64,000 nt of DNA, taken from IMG/VR virus record IMGVR_UViG_3300036406_001149; one strand, 5' to 3'. The notes below the pieces were generated by a model. That model worked only from the letters and a program-made list of their open reading frames with translations. It was not told the DNA's origin and ran no database searches. Source of the stretch: a virus. Position numbers and translations under genes: made by a program. Shown one piece after another: positions 27,416-35,077 of this stretch. Position 1 is the first letter of the stretch. Every line of letters begins with the position of its first letter.

Positions 27416-27726
27416 TAGCTTTCATCCTCCTCTATGTCATTATCGTATCCTTCGTAATCCTCTGGTTCATGATCATCGTCGTATGGACTCCACTCTGTGT
27501 TATATTTGTCTTCTTCTTCTTGTATATGATCCTCAAGAATTTCCGCAGCATCCATAATAATTTCAAATTCTTGAATCTTATCTAAGACAGTTAGTATCTT
27601 GCTATTGATCTGTTTAATATATTTCTTAACGTCTTGTAATTCTTTACTAATACGATTATCTAAACTGTCTACAGTTTTAGAGATTTTATGAATTTCTTTA
27701 AGTATGTCGTTGTAGTCTTTATTCAT
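27415..27726 (-). CDS. Coiled-coil protein with acidic tail
   Basis: ORF track. Confidence 0.55.
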   Translation of the reverse strand: MNKDYNDILKEIHKISKTVDSLDNRISKELQDVKKYIKQINSKILTVLDKIQEFEIIMDAAEILEDHIQEEEDKYNTEWSPYDDDHEPEDYEGYDNDIEEDES

Positions 27727-27751
27727 AAGAATTATTTGCCGTATTATGGGT

Positions 27752-28075
27752 TTAGTTTTTATACTCCTTTATATCGCCATTTTCAATAATTTTTAAGTCT
27801 TCGTATGGTGTTGCTATTCGACGATAAAATTCTTGCTTAATATTCTCTAATACACCAGTAATCATAGCAATTTTAGAATACGAAACCTCTCCCATAATAC
27901 CGCCTAAAATACGAGAAAAAACATAGTTAATATCTCCACAAATTTGTAAAAATTCTTGGTTAGAAATACTTCTATTTTGAGGATTGGAGTTTGGTATATT
28001 CGTTTTTAAACAAGTCACCATACTGTCAATACAACTATCTAAATTAGTTCTGTTTTCTTCTTTAATATATGGCAT
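27752..28075 (-). CDS. Conserved phage hypothetical protein
   Basis: MPYIKEENR...GDINY...GVLENIKQEFYRR...PYEDLKI..NGD. Confidence 0.65.
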   Translation of the reverse strand: MPYIKEENRTNLDSCIDSMVTCLKTNIPNSNPQNRSISNQEFLQICGDINYVFSRILGGIMGEVSYSKIAMITGVLENIKQEFYRRIATPYEDLKIIENGDIKEYKN

Positions 28076-28087
28076 AATTTTTAAATC

Positions 28088-28636
28088 CTAGCAATGACAA
28101 TAATAGTCTAAACAATATGAACATAATGGGCCTGGGTCTGGATTTCCCCAAGCATTTGCATAACCATCAAAACTTTCTTTTCCAGTGTCTATACAAACCA
28201 ACTTCTTTTTCCCTTGTCTATTAACTAATCCTATATTAGAAAAATGACAATCCCAAAACTTTAATTGGGTTTTAGTAAATATCTCATCTACTAAATCTTG
28301 TATCCGTTTAGGAGAGACGATGCCTTTCTTATCTATTGGTCTAGCTATCTCTGTTAAATACCCCCAGCCGCTTGTCTGATTAGGAAATAATTCATGATAT
28401 TTTAGTCTACATATTACAGAATATATCCTTGGGGCTAGATTAAGTCTGCTTAATTTTAACTGAATTTTTCTAGAATATTTAGCTCTAGGTTTTGATATAA
28501 ATTCTTTGAAACCCAAAAGCGGCTCATCTCTAATCTTAAAGAGAGCACAATAACCACCATCATTCATCCCAAGAGAAAGATCAATTAGATATTTAGAATT
28601 TATCATATTAGTAAGAAATAATCTGGGGAACTTCAC
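28088..28636 (-). CDS. Protein-kinase-like fold protein
   Basis: Gly loop NDGGY, GFKEF, LAPRIY, catalytic-loop DCHFSN, IDTG (DFG-like). Confidence 0.6.
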   Translation of the reverse strand: MKFPRLFLTNMINSKYLIDLSLGMNDGGYCALFKIRDEPLLGFKEFISKPRAKYSRKIQLKLSRLNLAPRIYSVICRLKYHELFPNQTSGWGYLTEIARPIDKKGIVSPKRIQDLVDEIFTKTQLKFWDCHFSNIGLVNRQGKKKLVCIDTGKESFDGYANAWGNPDPGPLCSYCLDYYCHC

Positions 28637-28928
28637 CCGTAAGATGATACAAAAAGGTTTTTGCTTTATCTATAGAGTAAAACTCACCAAGAAAAACTGT
28701 TCCTGGTACTCCATTTGGATCATATATTATTGATCCATATATCTGATAGAATGGATCGTCATAAGCATCTTTTTCTTTTTCTAAGAATTCTGCGGCAGTT
28801 CTGACTTCATCTATATAAGTACCTCCCTCATAATCACTATACTCTCTTACTGTTACAAGTAAGAAATATTCTATAGGAGACTTGGGGTTGTTGTTCTTAA
28901 TTCTACCATTACATAAGGTATTACCCAT
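28608..28928 (-). CDS. Hypothetical protein
   Basis: ORF track. Confidence 0.5.
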   Translation of the reverse strand: MGNTLCNGRIKNNNPKSPIEYFLLVTVREYSDYEGGTYIDEVRTAAEFLEKEKDAYDDPFYQIYGSIIYDPNGVPGTVFLGEFYSIDKAKTFLYHLTGEVPQIISY

Positions 28929-29241
28929 GATTTTTCCTATAAAGAGGGACTACAGTATTTTGATCAATATAGGGATTGTTTTGAGTTCTCAAGTCAAACA
29001 AATCGCCACGATCATTAGTTCTAGCCCAAGCAACAGGACTTTCAAGAGAATCTTTTAAAGATTGCATCTTTAGCCTTTTAAGTTCATCCTTAGCGTTTTG
29101 AACGAAGAAAAGATCAGCCCCACTTGCCCAAGCAAAATCAATAATACTTTCAAGAGGATTAGCGTGTTTTTCCATATAAGTTGCCAGTTCTATAAAAGTC
29201 CTTCTTATACCATCTTCCCAGTTTTCATGTTCTTCTATCAT
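28921..29241 (-). CDS. Hypothetical protein
   Basis: ORF track. Confidence 0.5.
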   Translation of the reverse strand: MIEEHENWEDGIRRTFIELATYMEKHANPLESIIDFAWASGADLFFVQNAKDELKRLKMQSLKDSLESPVAWARTNDRGDLFDLRTQNNPYIDQNTVVPLYRKNHG

Positions 29242-29462
29242 GCAAATCCGATACGAACCTTATCCACAACTGTTGATTCTATCTGATCAGGATTAAAGTG
29301 ATCTTTGGTATATGAACGACCACTCCACCAACCACACTCATAAATAACAGTATTATTAGAACCAATATTTATTCCAACTATTGTTCCAAACACATCTTCC
29401 GCCAACTTTACTTGGCTACCAATCTTATATAATTCTATAGTATTCTTACTCATATTACTCAT
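29238..29462 (-). CDS. Hypothetical SH3-like small protein
   Basis: YKIGSQVKL...GTIVGINI...YECGWW. Confidence 0.5.
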   Translation of the reverse strand: MSNMSKNTIELYKIGSQVKLAEDVFGTIVGINIGSNNTVIYECGWWSGRSYTKDHFNPDQIESTVVDKVRIGFA

Positions 29463-29479
29463 ATGTCTCCTTTGTATTT

Positions 29480-29779
29480 CTAGCGATATCTAACACAAGC
29501 ATACCATCCTCTAGCTCCTCTGGCAACCCCAATTTCTACTGGAGTCTTTTGTCCCCAATAACAACAATTTTTAATAGCATGATCCGCACTAATAGAAGAA
29601 AAACCCACCCCTTCATAGCCTCTATTTCCACCACAATGACCCATAGAATTTCTTTGAGACTGAATATTTGCAACCCCTTGTGCTGATGATGTTGTATATG
29701 TATATGTTTTATTTACATTTTGAGCATTAGCAACTACGGGACAGATCAAGAATAGACCAATAATAAAAACCTTCTTCAT
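29480..29779 (-). CDS. Secreted Cys-containing protein of planctomycete style
   Basis: Start MKKVF at 29779; signal peptide; MGHCGG..YEGVGFS...NCCYWG...GWYACVRY. Confidence 0.6.
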   Translation of the reverse strand: MKKVFIIGLFLICPVVANAQNVNKTYTYTTSSAQGVANIQSQRNSMGHCGGNRGYEGVGFSSISADHAIKNCCYWGQKTPVEIGVARGARGWYACVRYR

Positions 29780-29868
29780 AATTTCCTCCTTGAAAGTTAT
29801 AGATGGGATAAAAGATCCCCCGAAGTGTGCATTATTAAGAGGCATCGGGGGTTTCTTTCATAAAAAAA

Positions 29869-30087
29869 TTATCGGATAACAGTTACATTACGGGTGCGAC
29901 AAACACCATTAGCACAAGCGGAAACAATTCTCCTTGGAAAAACAACTGTCTCACGAACAATATTCTTTGTAACAGTTACAACTTTTCGACCGCGAACAAC
30001 CGCACAATTACCTGACGAGCAATCTCCAGCAAAAGATGTTACCGGAATCGAAAGAGCAATAACTAGCAACAGAACAATATTTTTCAT
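29869..30087 (-). CDS. Secreted peptide with CxxGxC motifs
   Basis: Start MKNIV at 30087; signal peptide; GDCSSGNC and CANGVC. Confidence 0.6.
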   Translation of the reverse strand: MKNIVLLLVIALSIPVTSFAGDCSSGNCAVVRGRKVVTVTKNIVRETVVFPRRIVSACANGVCRTRNVTVIR

Positions 30088-30151
30088 CTTAAAATCTCCT
30101 TGGTGTTTAAAAAAATAAAAGGTCAAATCCATTCGACTCAGTTACCTGAGT

Positions 30152-30180
30152 ATCATAGTCCGGTCAGTATCAACTGTCAA
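30152..30180 (-). promoter_or_regulatory. Sigma70-type promoter TTGACA-17-TATGAT
   Basis: Starts 20 nt downstream of tRNA-Leu. Confidence 0.7.
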
Positions 30181-30199
30181 CATACAAAATTGTATGCAG

Positions 30200-30272
30200 T
30201 AGGAGCGGTGAGAATCGAACTCACACTGGATGGATTTTAAGTCCACTGTCTCTGCCTTTGGACTACGCTCCC
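30200..30272 (-). tRNA. tRNA-Leu(UAA), short variable loop, CCA not encoded
   Basis: GGGAGCG/CGCTCCT acceptor with A73; anticodon arm GTGGA-CTTAAAA-TCCAT; T-arm GTGAG-TTCGATT-CTCAC. Confidence 0.9.
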
Positions 30273-30352
30273 ATAAATCATTACATTAAGCAATATTGAT
30301 TTTTATGTCTTTTTGTAGATCTCTATTGTAATTAATGTAATGATTATTTAAA

Positions 30353-30634
30353 TCAACTATGAGCCTTTTCCTTCAGTCTACGAACTGTCGCTGCCATAGC
30401 CTCAAGATTATCTACTGTCCTAACAGGCTTTGCTCTTTCCATAGCTGGGAGATCAATACCCTTCTTAGCAAGACCTGCCTTAGTACGGGCATAACGAGCC
30501 ATAGTGCTGGCAATCTTCTGTCCAGTCTTAGCGGCAATCTCCGCATAAGTCTTGGAAGAAAAAACTGCCTCTAGAAACTTATCGTCAGAGCAACGAACAC
30601 GACTCTGCTTCTCACTAGTAATAACTTCAGTCAT
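30353..30634 (-). CDS. Small basic HTH-like DNA-binding protein
   Basis: Start MTEV at 30634 after GGAGG; SKTYAEIAAKTG; follows a strong promoter. Confidence 0.55.
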   Translation of the reverse strand: MTEVITSEKQSRVRCSDDKFLEAVFSSKTYAEIAAKTGQKIASTMARYARTKAGLAKKGIDLPAMERAKPVRTVDNLEAMAATVRRLKEKAHS

Positions 30635-30716
30635 AATCAACCTCCAAATCTTAAACCAAACTGTCTCAATTTGAAGCTCAGTCACTCGACTGATGTTACC
30701 TCGCATTGATTACCTT

Positions 30717-30745
30717 ATTCTACAACTTGTTATCGGCGTTGTCAA
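30717..30745 (-). promoter_or_regulatory. Sigma70-type promoter TTGACA-17-TAGAAT
   Basis: Spacer ACGCCGATAACAAGTTG. Confidence 0.75.
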
Positions 30746-30921
30746 TGGGCGACCTTGAAAAATTTTTCGTTCTTGCAAGAAATTGCTGTTGAACGTGTTT
30801 AAAGCCTCAAGGAGTCGGTAGCCCACTCACTTTATTATCAACGCTCACATCAAGCGTAAAACTACTAGAAACAACGTCCTCACGATGAAGTTTCCTGTGA
30901 ACGTGTACGCTATCCGTTAGA

Positions 30922-31107
30922 TTAATCCTCTGTTGGTAAAACCAGTGCCATGAGTAAATATGCCCAGAAAAGAATACTTCCGGTAAAAATTGCACCAGCA
31001 ACAAAGCCTAATCTTACTACAGAAACATCTAATCCTAGACTTTCTGCTAGTCCTCCACAAACACCAAAGAAAACTCTATTCTTATTGCTTTTGTGGAAAT
31101 GATTCAT
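30922..31107 (-). CDS. pspC: PspC-domain membrane protein
   Basis: KSNKNRVFFGVCGGLAESLGLDVSVVRL...WAYLLMALVLP. Confidence 0.85.
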   Translation of the reverse strand: MNHFHKSNKNRVFFGVCGGLAESLGLDVSVVRLGFVAGAIFTGSILFWAYLLMALVLPTED

Positions 31108-31203
31108 GGCTAGACCCCTTAATTATTTGTTGAATCTGGTAGTCTGAATAACCAGATATTAGCATTGCTTGATAATATCCTACAACTGGAATAAGTTCTG
31201 ATA

Positions 31204-31497
31204 TCATGATTTTTCCTTTGGTGAGTATAGAGTAACCTTAATTATTATATACCCATCTCTCCCACTGTCAATATTTTGTATTGAGGATATTTTGCCTTTA
31301 CCCAAAAAAGAATCACCCACCAATAAAAATGGGCCACCGTCTAAATTAGCTGAAGTTATTATTGAAATATCTGACTGACAACCAAATTTTGCCCAATCGC
31401 TTGCTCCCTCAATTAGATATTCATGCTCACCAATTTGTGTTATTATTCTTTTGTTCTTGTTCTTAGACTGTAAGCACTGGCTCATTAAAAGCCTCAC
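31204..31497 (-). CDS. Hypothetical protein
   Basis: ORF track. Confidence 0.5.
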   Translation of the reverse strand: MRLLMSQCLQSKNKNKRIITQIGEHEYLIEGASDWAKFGCQSDISIITSANLDGGPFLLVGDSFLGKGKISSIQNIDSGRDGYIIIKVTLYSPKEKS

Positions 31498-31678
31498 TAT
31501 CGAGTATATAACCTTGATTATTTTCTGACGTTAGGTTAGCAAGAACGTCTTTTAGTCTTTGATTTTCTTTCTCAAGGGTATTCATTATTTTTTCAGCTTG
31601 ATTTAAAGCTTTCTGAAGAGACTTAACTCTATTAGCTAATTGATCGTTCATGTACTCTGTTGCTGTTCTGACAACCAT
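31463..31678 (-). CDS. Coiled-coil (leucine-zipper-like) protein
   Basis: LANRVKSLQKAL...LEKENQRLKDVL; AAGGAGG RBS. Confidence 0.6.
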   Translation of the reverse strand: MVVRTATEYMNDQLANRVKSLQKALNQAEKIMNTLEKENQRLKDVLANLTSENNQGYILDSEAFNEPVLTV

Positions 31679-31711
31679 GATTAGCCTCCTTGATATGAGT
31701 TTGATAACCCT

Positions 31712-31723
31712 ATATTATACACC
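31712..31723 (-). promoter_or_regulatory. Class II promoter motif GGTGTATAATAT
   Basis: 34 nt upstream of ATG 31678, distinct from RBS; no TTGACA. Confidence 0.5.
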
Positions 31724-32002
31724 TTACAGGTTAAGTCCATTTAGGAATTTTTGCAAATCTTTAAGCTGTTTATTGTCAAGCACCATCTGATCGGCATATG
31801 GCTTTTTTTCAAACAATACCTTAAAACAATACCTTAATCTCTGCCATAATGACATCTTATGACTATAGTTTGTGTAATGTTCAAATATTGCCAAATCAGC
31901 CAATTGAATTTCATGATCATATTCGATCACTAAAATTTCGCTCTTGCAAGAACAAGGGATGAATAATGTTTTATTTTCCTTTAGATTTGTTACATTTCCC
32001 AT
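31724..32002 (-). CDS. Hypothetical protein
   Basis: ORF track. Confidence 0.55.
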   Translation of the reverse strand: MGNVTNLKENKTLFIPCSCKSEILVIEYDHEIQLADLAIFEHYTNYSHKMSLWQRLRYCFKVLFEKKPYADQMVLDNKQLKDLQKFLNGLNL

Positions 32003-32095
32003 CTTTTTTCTTTCTAAAAATTCTTTCGTAGTTTTTATCCCAAGTCTCTTGAGAAACTAAACTAATTCTTCTTTTAGATCCCTTCCCATTTTGTA

Positions 32096-32683
32096 TCATT
32101 GTTTGATAATAACTCCAATACCTAAATGCTCTTTAATTTTTGCAGCATACTTGATATTGTCTTTGTGGTTCTCCACAAACTCATCAAAACACTGTTCTAG
32201 ATATAGATGGGCGTGATGAATTATGTCATGAAATAGTATGAACCCTCCAGACTTGCATAATGGAAGCACATTAACTAGGTCAATCATACCTCCTTCATAA
32301 GAATGATCTCCGTCAACCAAAATCAGATCAAAGAAATCCTTATGACTATCTGAAAGTGGAGGTATAGTTTCTTTACTATCTCCATCTAGAAATGTCACTG
32401 AGTTATTATAACCAAGATATTGCAGTAGGCTATTGATATGATTATTGGAGTTTCTTGCTGTTCCACCATAAAGACCTCCCCACATATCAGCAACAAAAAC
32501 ATCTGTAAGATTAGGATTATTGAAAACTACCCTTCTTAAAGAATCTCCTTCTCTAGTTCCTATCTCTAGATACTTTTGGACATTATACTGTTGAACGTGT
32601 TTTTCTAAAAATGAATGTAGTAAATCTTCCATAAATATTTTTCCTTTTGAATTATTTTGAATCGGATTCCGTTTCTCTAACAT
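32096..32683 (-). CDS. SAM-dependent methyltransferase (small-molecule/surface type)
   Basis: YLEIGTREGDS, DGDS, FDLILVDGDHSYEG..IDL, GGFILFHD. Confidence 0.85.
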   Translation of the reverse strand: MLEKRNPIQNNSKGKIFMEDLLHSFLEKHVQQYNVQKYLEIGTREGDSLRRVVFNNPNLTDVFVADMWGGLYGGTARNSNNHINSLLQYLGYNNSVTFLDGDSKETIPPLSDSHKDFFDLILVDGDHSYEGGMIDLVNVLPLCKSGGFILFHDIIHHAHLYLEQCFDEFVENHKDNIKYAAKIKEHLGIGVIIKQ

Positions 32684-32846
32684 ATAAAAACTCTTCTCCT
32701 TTTAGGAGATAAGTCCTTGCAGAATCCCCATAAATTTCATACAAATACGACCCATCATTTTGAGGCATATCTTTATTGAGATATCCATATTCTATAATCT
32801 CACTATCTTTCAGAATAGCAACTCTAGGAAATCTTATAGGACTCAT
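32652..32846 (-). CDS. Hypothetical protein
   Basis: ORF track. Confidence 0.45.
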   Translation of the reverse strand: MSPIRFPRVAILKDSEIIEYGYLNKDMPQNDGSYLYEIYGDSARTYLLKGEEFLYVRETESDSK

Positions 32847-33565
32847 GATTCTAGTACATAGCTCCAGTAGCGACTATCTTCTTTCTTTTGCAAATCATCC
32901 CAATAGATCGACCTTGCTACATAAGATGGGACTTTCAATTTACCACAGTTAACCATCCAGTGACGCTCCATCTTTTTATAAATCTGTGACCCAACCTTAC
33001 TCTTATTGTATTTAAGAGCCTCAACATCGTAAAGCCTCAGTTGATGAATATCTCCGCAGAGTACCCTAGCCTCATTAGGATGAATCATCTCCAGAGCAAA
33101 GCTAATCTTAGCCAGTCCAATACCACTAATCTTATTCAGAATACTATCTCGTTTCTTAACGTGGTACTTCTTTGTTGTCAGATAAAAATCTTTAGGATTA
33201 GCCCAAAACTTGGTGCTAAAATCCCAAATATAAGTGGTACGATTATTGTGCAAACCAACGCCGCTCTTGTGGAGTTTTTCCAAAAGAACTTCCTTACTAT
33301 CTACCCATTCGCTAAAATTCTTGATAGCGTTATATCCCTTGACATTGCCCTGCCAAGTTGTGTGAACACTGCAATACGCAAAGAGATAGCGACGAAAAAT
33401 ATCTTCGTCAGTCTTGGGTCGAACAGTTTCCCAATAGTCCTTGTAGGCTACTACTTTATCCTTTGGAAAATTCTTAAAAAACTCGTCGGCCTTACTGGTA
33501 CTCATCACAACTGGCTTTTTCTCAACAACAATGTCTGTCATAATGTCCTCAAAAGTTAGTTCCAA
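32843..33565 (-). CDS. HhH-GPD-superfamily DNA glycosylase-like protein
   Basis: HhH ISGIGLAKISFAL followed by VLCGDIHQ (catalytic Asp position). Confidence 0.6.
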   Translation of the reverse strand: MELTFEDIMTDIVVEKKPVVMSTSKADEFFKNFPKDKVVAYKDYWETVRPKTDEDIFRRYLFAYCSVHTTWQGNVKGYNAIKNFSEWVDSKEVLLEKLHKSGVGLHNNRTTYIWDFSTKFWANPKDFYLTTKKYHVKKRDSILNKISGIGLAKISFALEMIHPNEARVLCGDIHQLRLYDVEALKYNKSKVGSQIYKKMERHWMVNCGKLKVPSYVARSIYWDDLQKKEDSRYWSYVLES

Positions 33566-33578
33566 AGTGTATACTGAG

Positions 33579-33607
33579 ATTCTACACTAGTCCTATCGGC
33601 TTGTCAA
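33579..33607 (-). promoter_or_regulatory. Sigma70-type promoter TTGACA-17-TAGAAT
   Basis: Spacer AGCCGATAGGACTAGTG. Confidence 0.75.
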
Positions 33608-33627
33608 GTCACGATTCTTGAGTTCGC

Positions 33628-34026
33628 TTATTTCTTTTTTTCTCCTAAAATTTCATCAAGCTTGTAGTAATATTCCCAGGTTTTCCATTTTACTCTGGTG
33701 CTTCGTATGGTTTTTATGATTTTACCATTTTTGTCTTTGTATTGACATATTGCCCAATAAAATTCTTCTCCTTTTACTACATCTTCAAGAATTTCAAATT
33801 CTGATGGACACTCTAATTCTGACCATACTCTCATAGCTCCAATTTGTTTTATGTGACCCTCTATTTCTGGATTATATTCCAAAGGAAAAAAGATGTTCCT
33901 GATAGATCTTTCTACAATAACATATTTTGTTCCTACCCATTCAGAATTACATATAAAACCTATAGAGAATCCTGTGAATAATATAAACCATGGATATATG
34001 AGAGAGCGAAGAACAACTTTAATCAT
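33628..34026 (-). CDS. N-terminal TM hypothetical protein
   Basis: Hydrophobic residues about 9-27; GGAGA RBS. Confidence 0.55.
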   Translation of the reverse strand: MIKVVLRSLIYPWFILFTGFSIGFICNSEWVGTKYVIVERSIRNIFFPLEYNPEIEGHIKQIGAMRVWSELECPSEFEILEDVVKGEEFYWAICQYKDKNGKIIKTIRSTRVKWKTWEYYYKLDEILGEKKK

Positions 34027-34053
34027 TTAATGTCTCCAGTAAGGTGGGATATT

Positions 34054-34081
34054 TTTATACACCATACCGGAAACTGGTCAA
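34054..34081 (-). promoter_or_regulatory. Promoter TTGACC-16-TATAAA with a GGTG extension
   Basis: Hybrid of both promoter classes. Confidence 0.5.
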
Positions 34082-35073
34082 TTAGTTTTATCCTTTACTT
34101 CCTTGACATATTTCATTAATGGATTTTTTTGTTCGGGTATGATAGTCTTATGATTTCCTTCCCATAATGGTAGTTTACCAAACAAAGCTACTCTTTTTTT
34201 CTTTGATTTTTGTTTTTGGTATTCTTGTTGGTGAAGAATCTGAACAATTTCTTCCTGTTCTATTTGTTTTTTCTTTCGATATTCTTCGTCTCTGCGTTGT
34301 CTTTTTTGTTCCTCTGTGTCATTATTTTTTCTTGATTCTTTAATGAAATATGGATGTTCAGCAATAGTTTTTTTTAGCTTATCACTTGCCTCAGGATGAT
34401 TAAACAGTAATTCTATTAGCGGTCTATGATTATCTAAATATCTCCTAATATTTTTTTTGCTTTTTCTACTGTATTTGCGAACAGTATTGGTAATAAATTC
34501 TTTCTTGCTTTCTTCAGTAGCAGGACGAAGGGTTTTATGATGTTCTTCTCTCTTTTGTTTTTTCTTTTTATGACCTTTAATAAATTGGTCGATTTCATCT
34601 CTGAGGTTTAATGCTATTGGTTTTGTTTCAATAACTTTTGGTTGTTGTTCTTGTTTTTTTGTTTTATGTTTTTTGTATTTCTCTTTTTTACGTTTTGATT
34701 CAAATAGTCTGTTTTTATCGTACCCTATGTCTGTATTAAATTGTTCAGCCCATACTTGCCATCCGTCTAATGTTGTACTACTATTTTCTGTAAATAATTT
34801 ATTGAGAAGATATCTTTTTTGCAAGAGATTCTTATCTTGTTCTACAAAAACATGACAAGGTTCACATAAAGTAATTAGCTGATGCTGATCTCCTTGTCCA
34901 AGCATCACTGTCTTAGTATAGTCTATATGATGAATGGTTTTAGAAGGAGTACCACAAACCTGACAACATCTACCATCTCGTTCTAAGACTAGTTGCCTTA
35001 TATTCCACCAGAGCCTAGACTTTATATAGGCATCATAAGTTCTAAAACCTAGCTCTTTCCATGCTGGTGGCAT
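34078..35073 (-). CDS. HNH-domain protein with long charged C-terminus
   Basis: Likely start MPPAW at 35073; VLERDGRCCQVCG...IHHIDY...LITLCEPCH. Confidence 0.7.
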   Translation of the reverse strand: MPPAWKELGFRTYDAYIKSRLWWNIRQLVLERDGRCCQVCGTPSKTIHHIDYTKTVMLGQGDQHQLITLCEPCHVFVEQDKNLLQKRYLLNKLFTENSSTTLDGWQVWAEQFNTDIGYDKNRLFESKRKKEKYKKHKTKKQEQQPKVIETKPIALNLRDEIDQFIKGHKKKKQKREEHHKTLRPATEESKKEFITNTVRKYSRKSKKNIRRYLDNHRPLIELLFNHPEASDKLKKTIAEHPYFIKESRKNNDTEEQKRQRRDEEYRKKKQIEQEEIVQILHQQEYQKQKSKKKRVALFGKLPLWEGNHKTIIPEQKNPLMKYVKEVKDKTN

Positions 35074-35077
35074 AATT

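Noticed and set aside
30807-31004. 65-aa minus ORF overlapping pspC
   Set aside because: Out of frame with and overlapping a confident gene, has no RBS, and its 3' half covers the structured RNA candidate.
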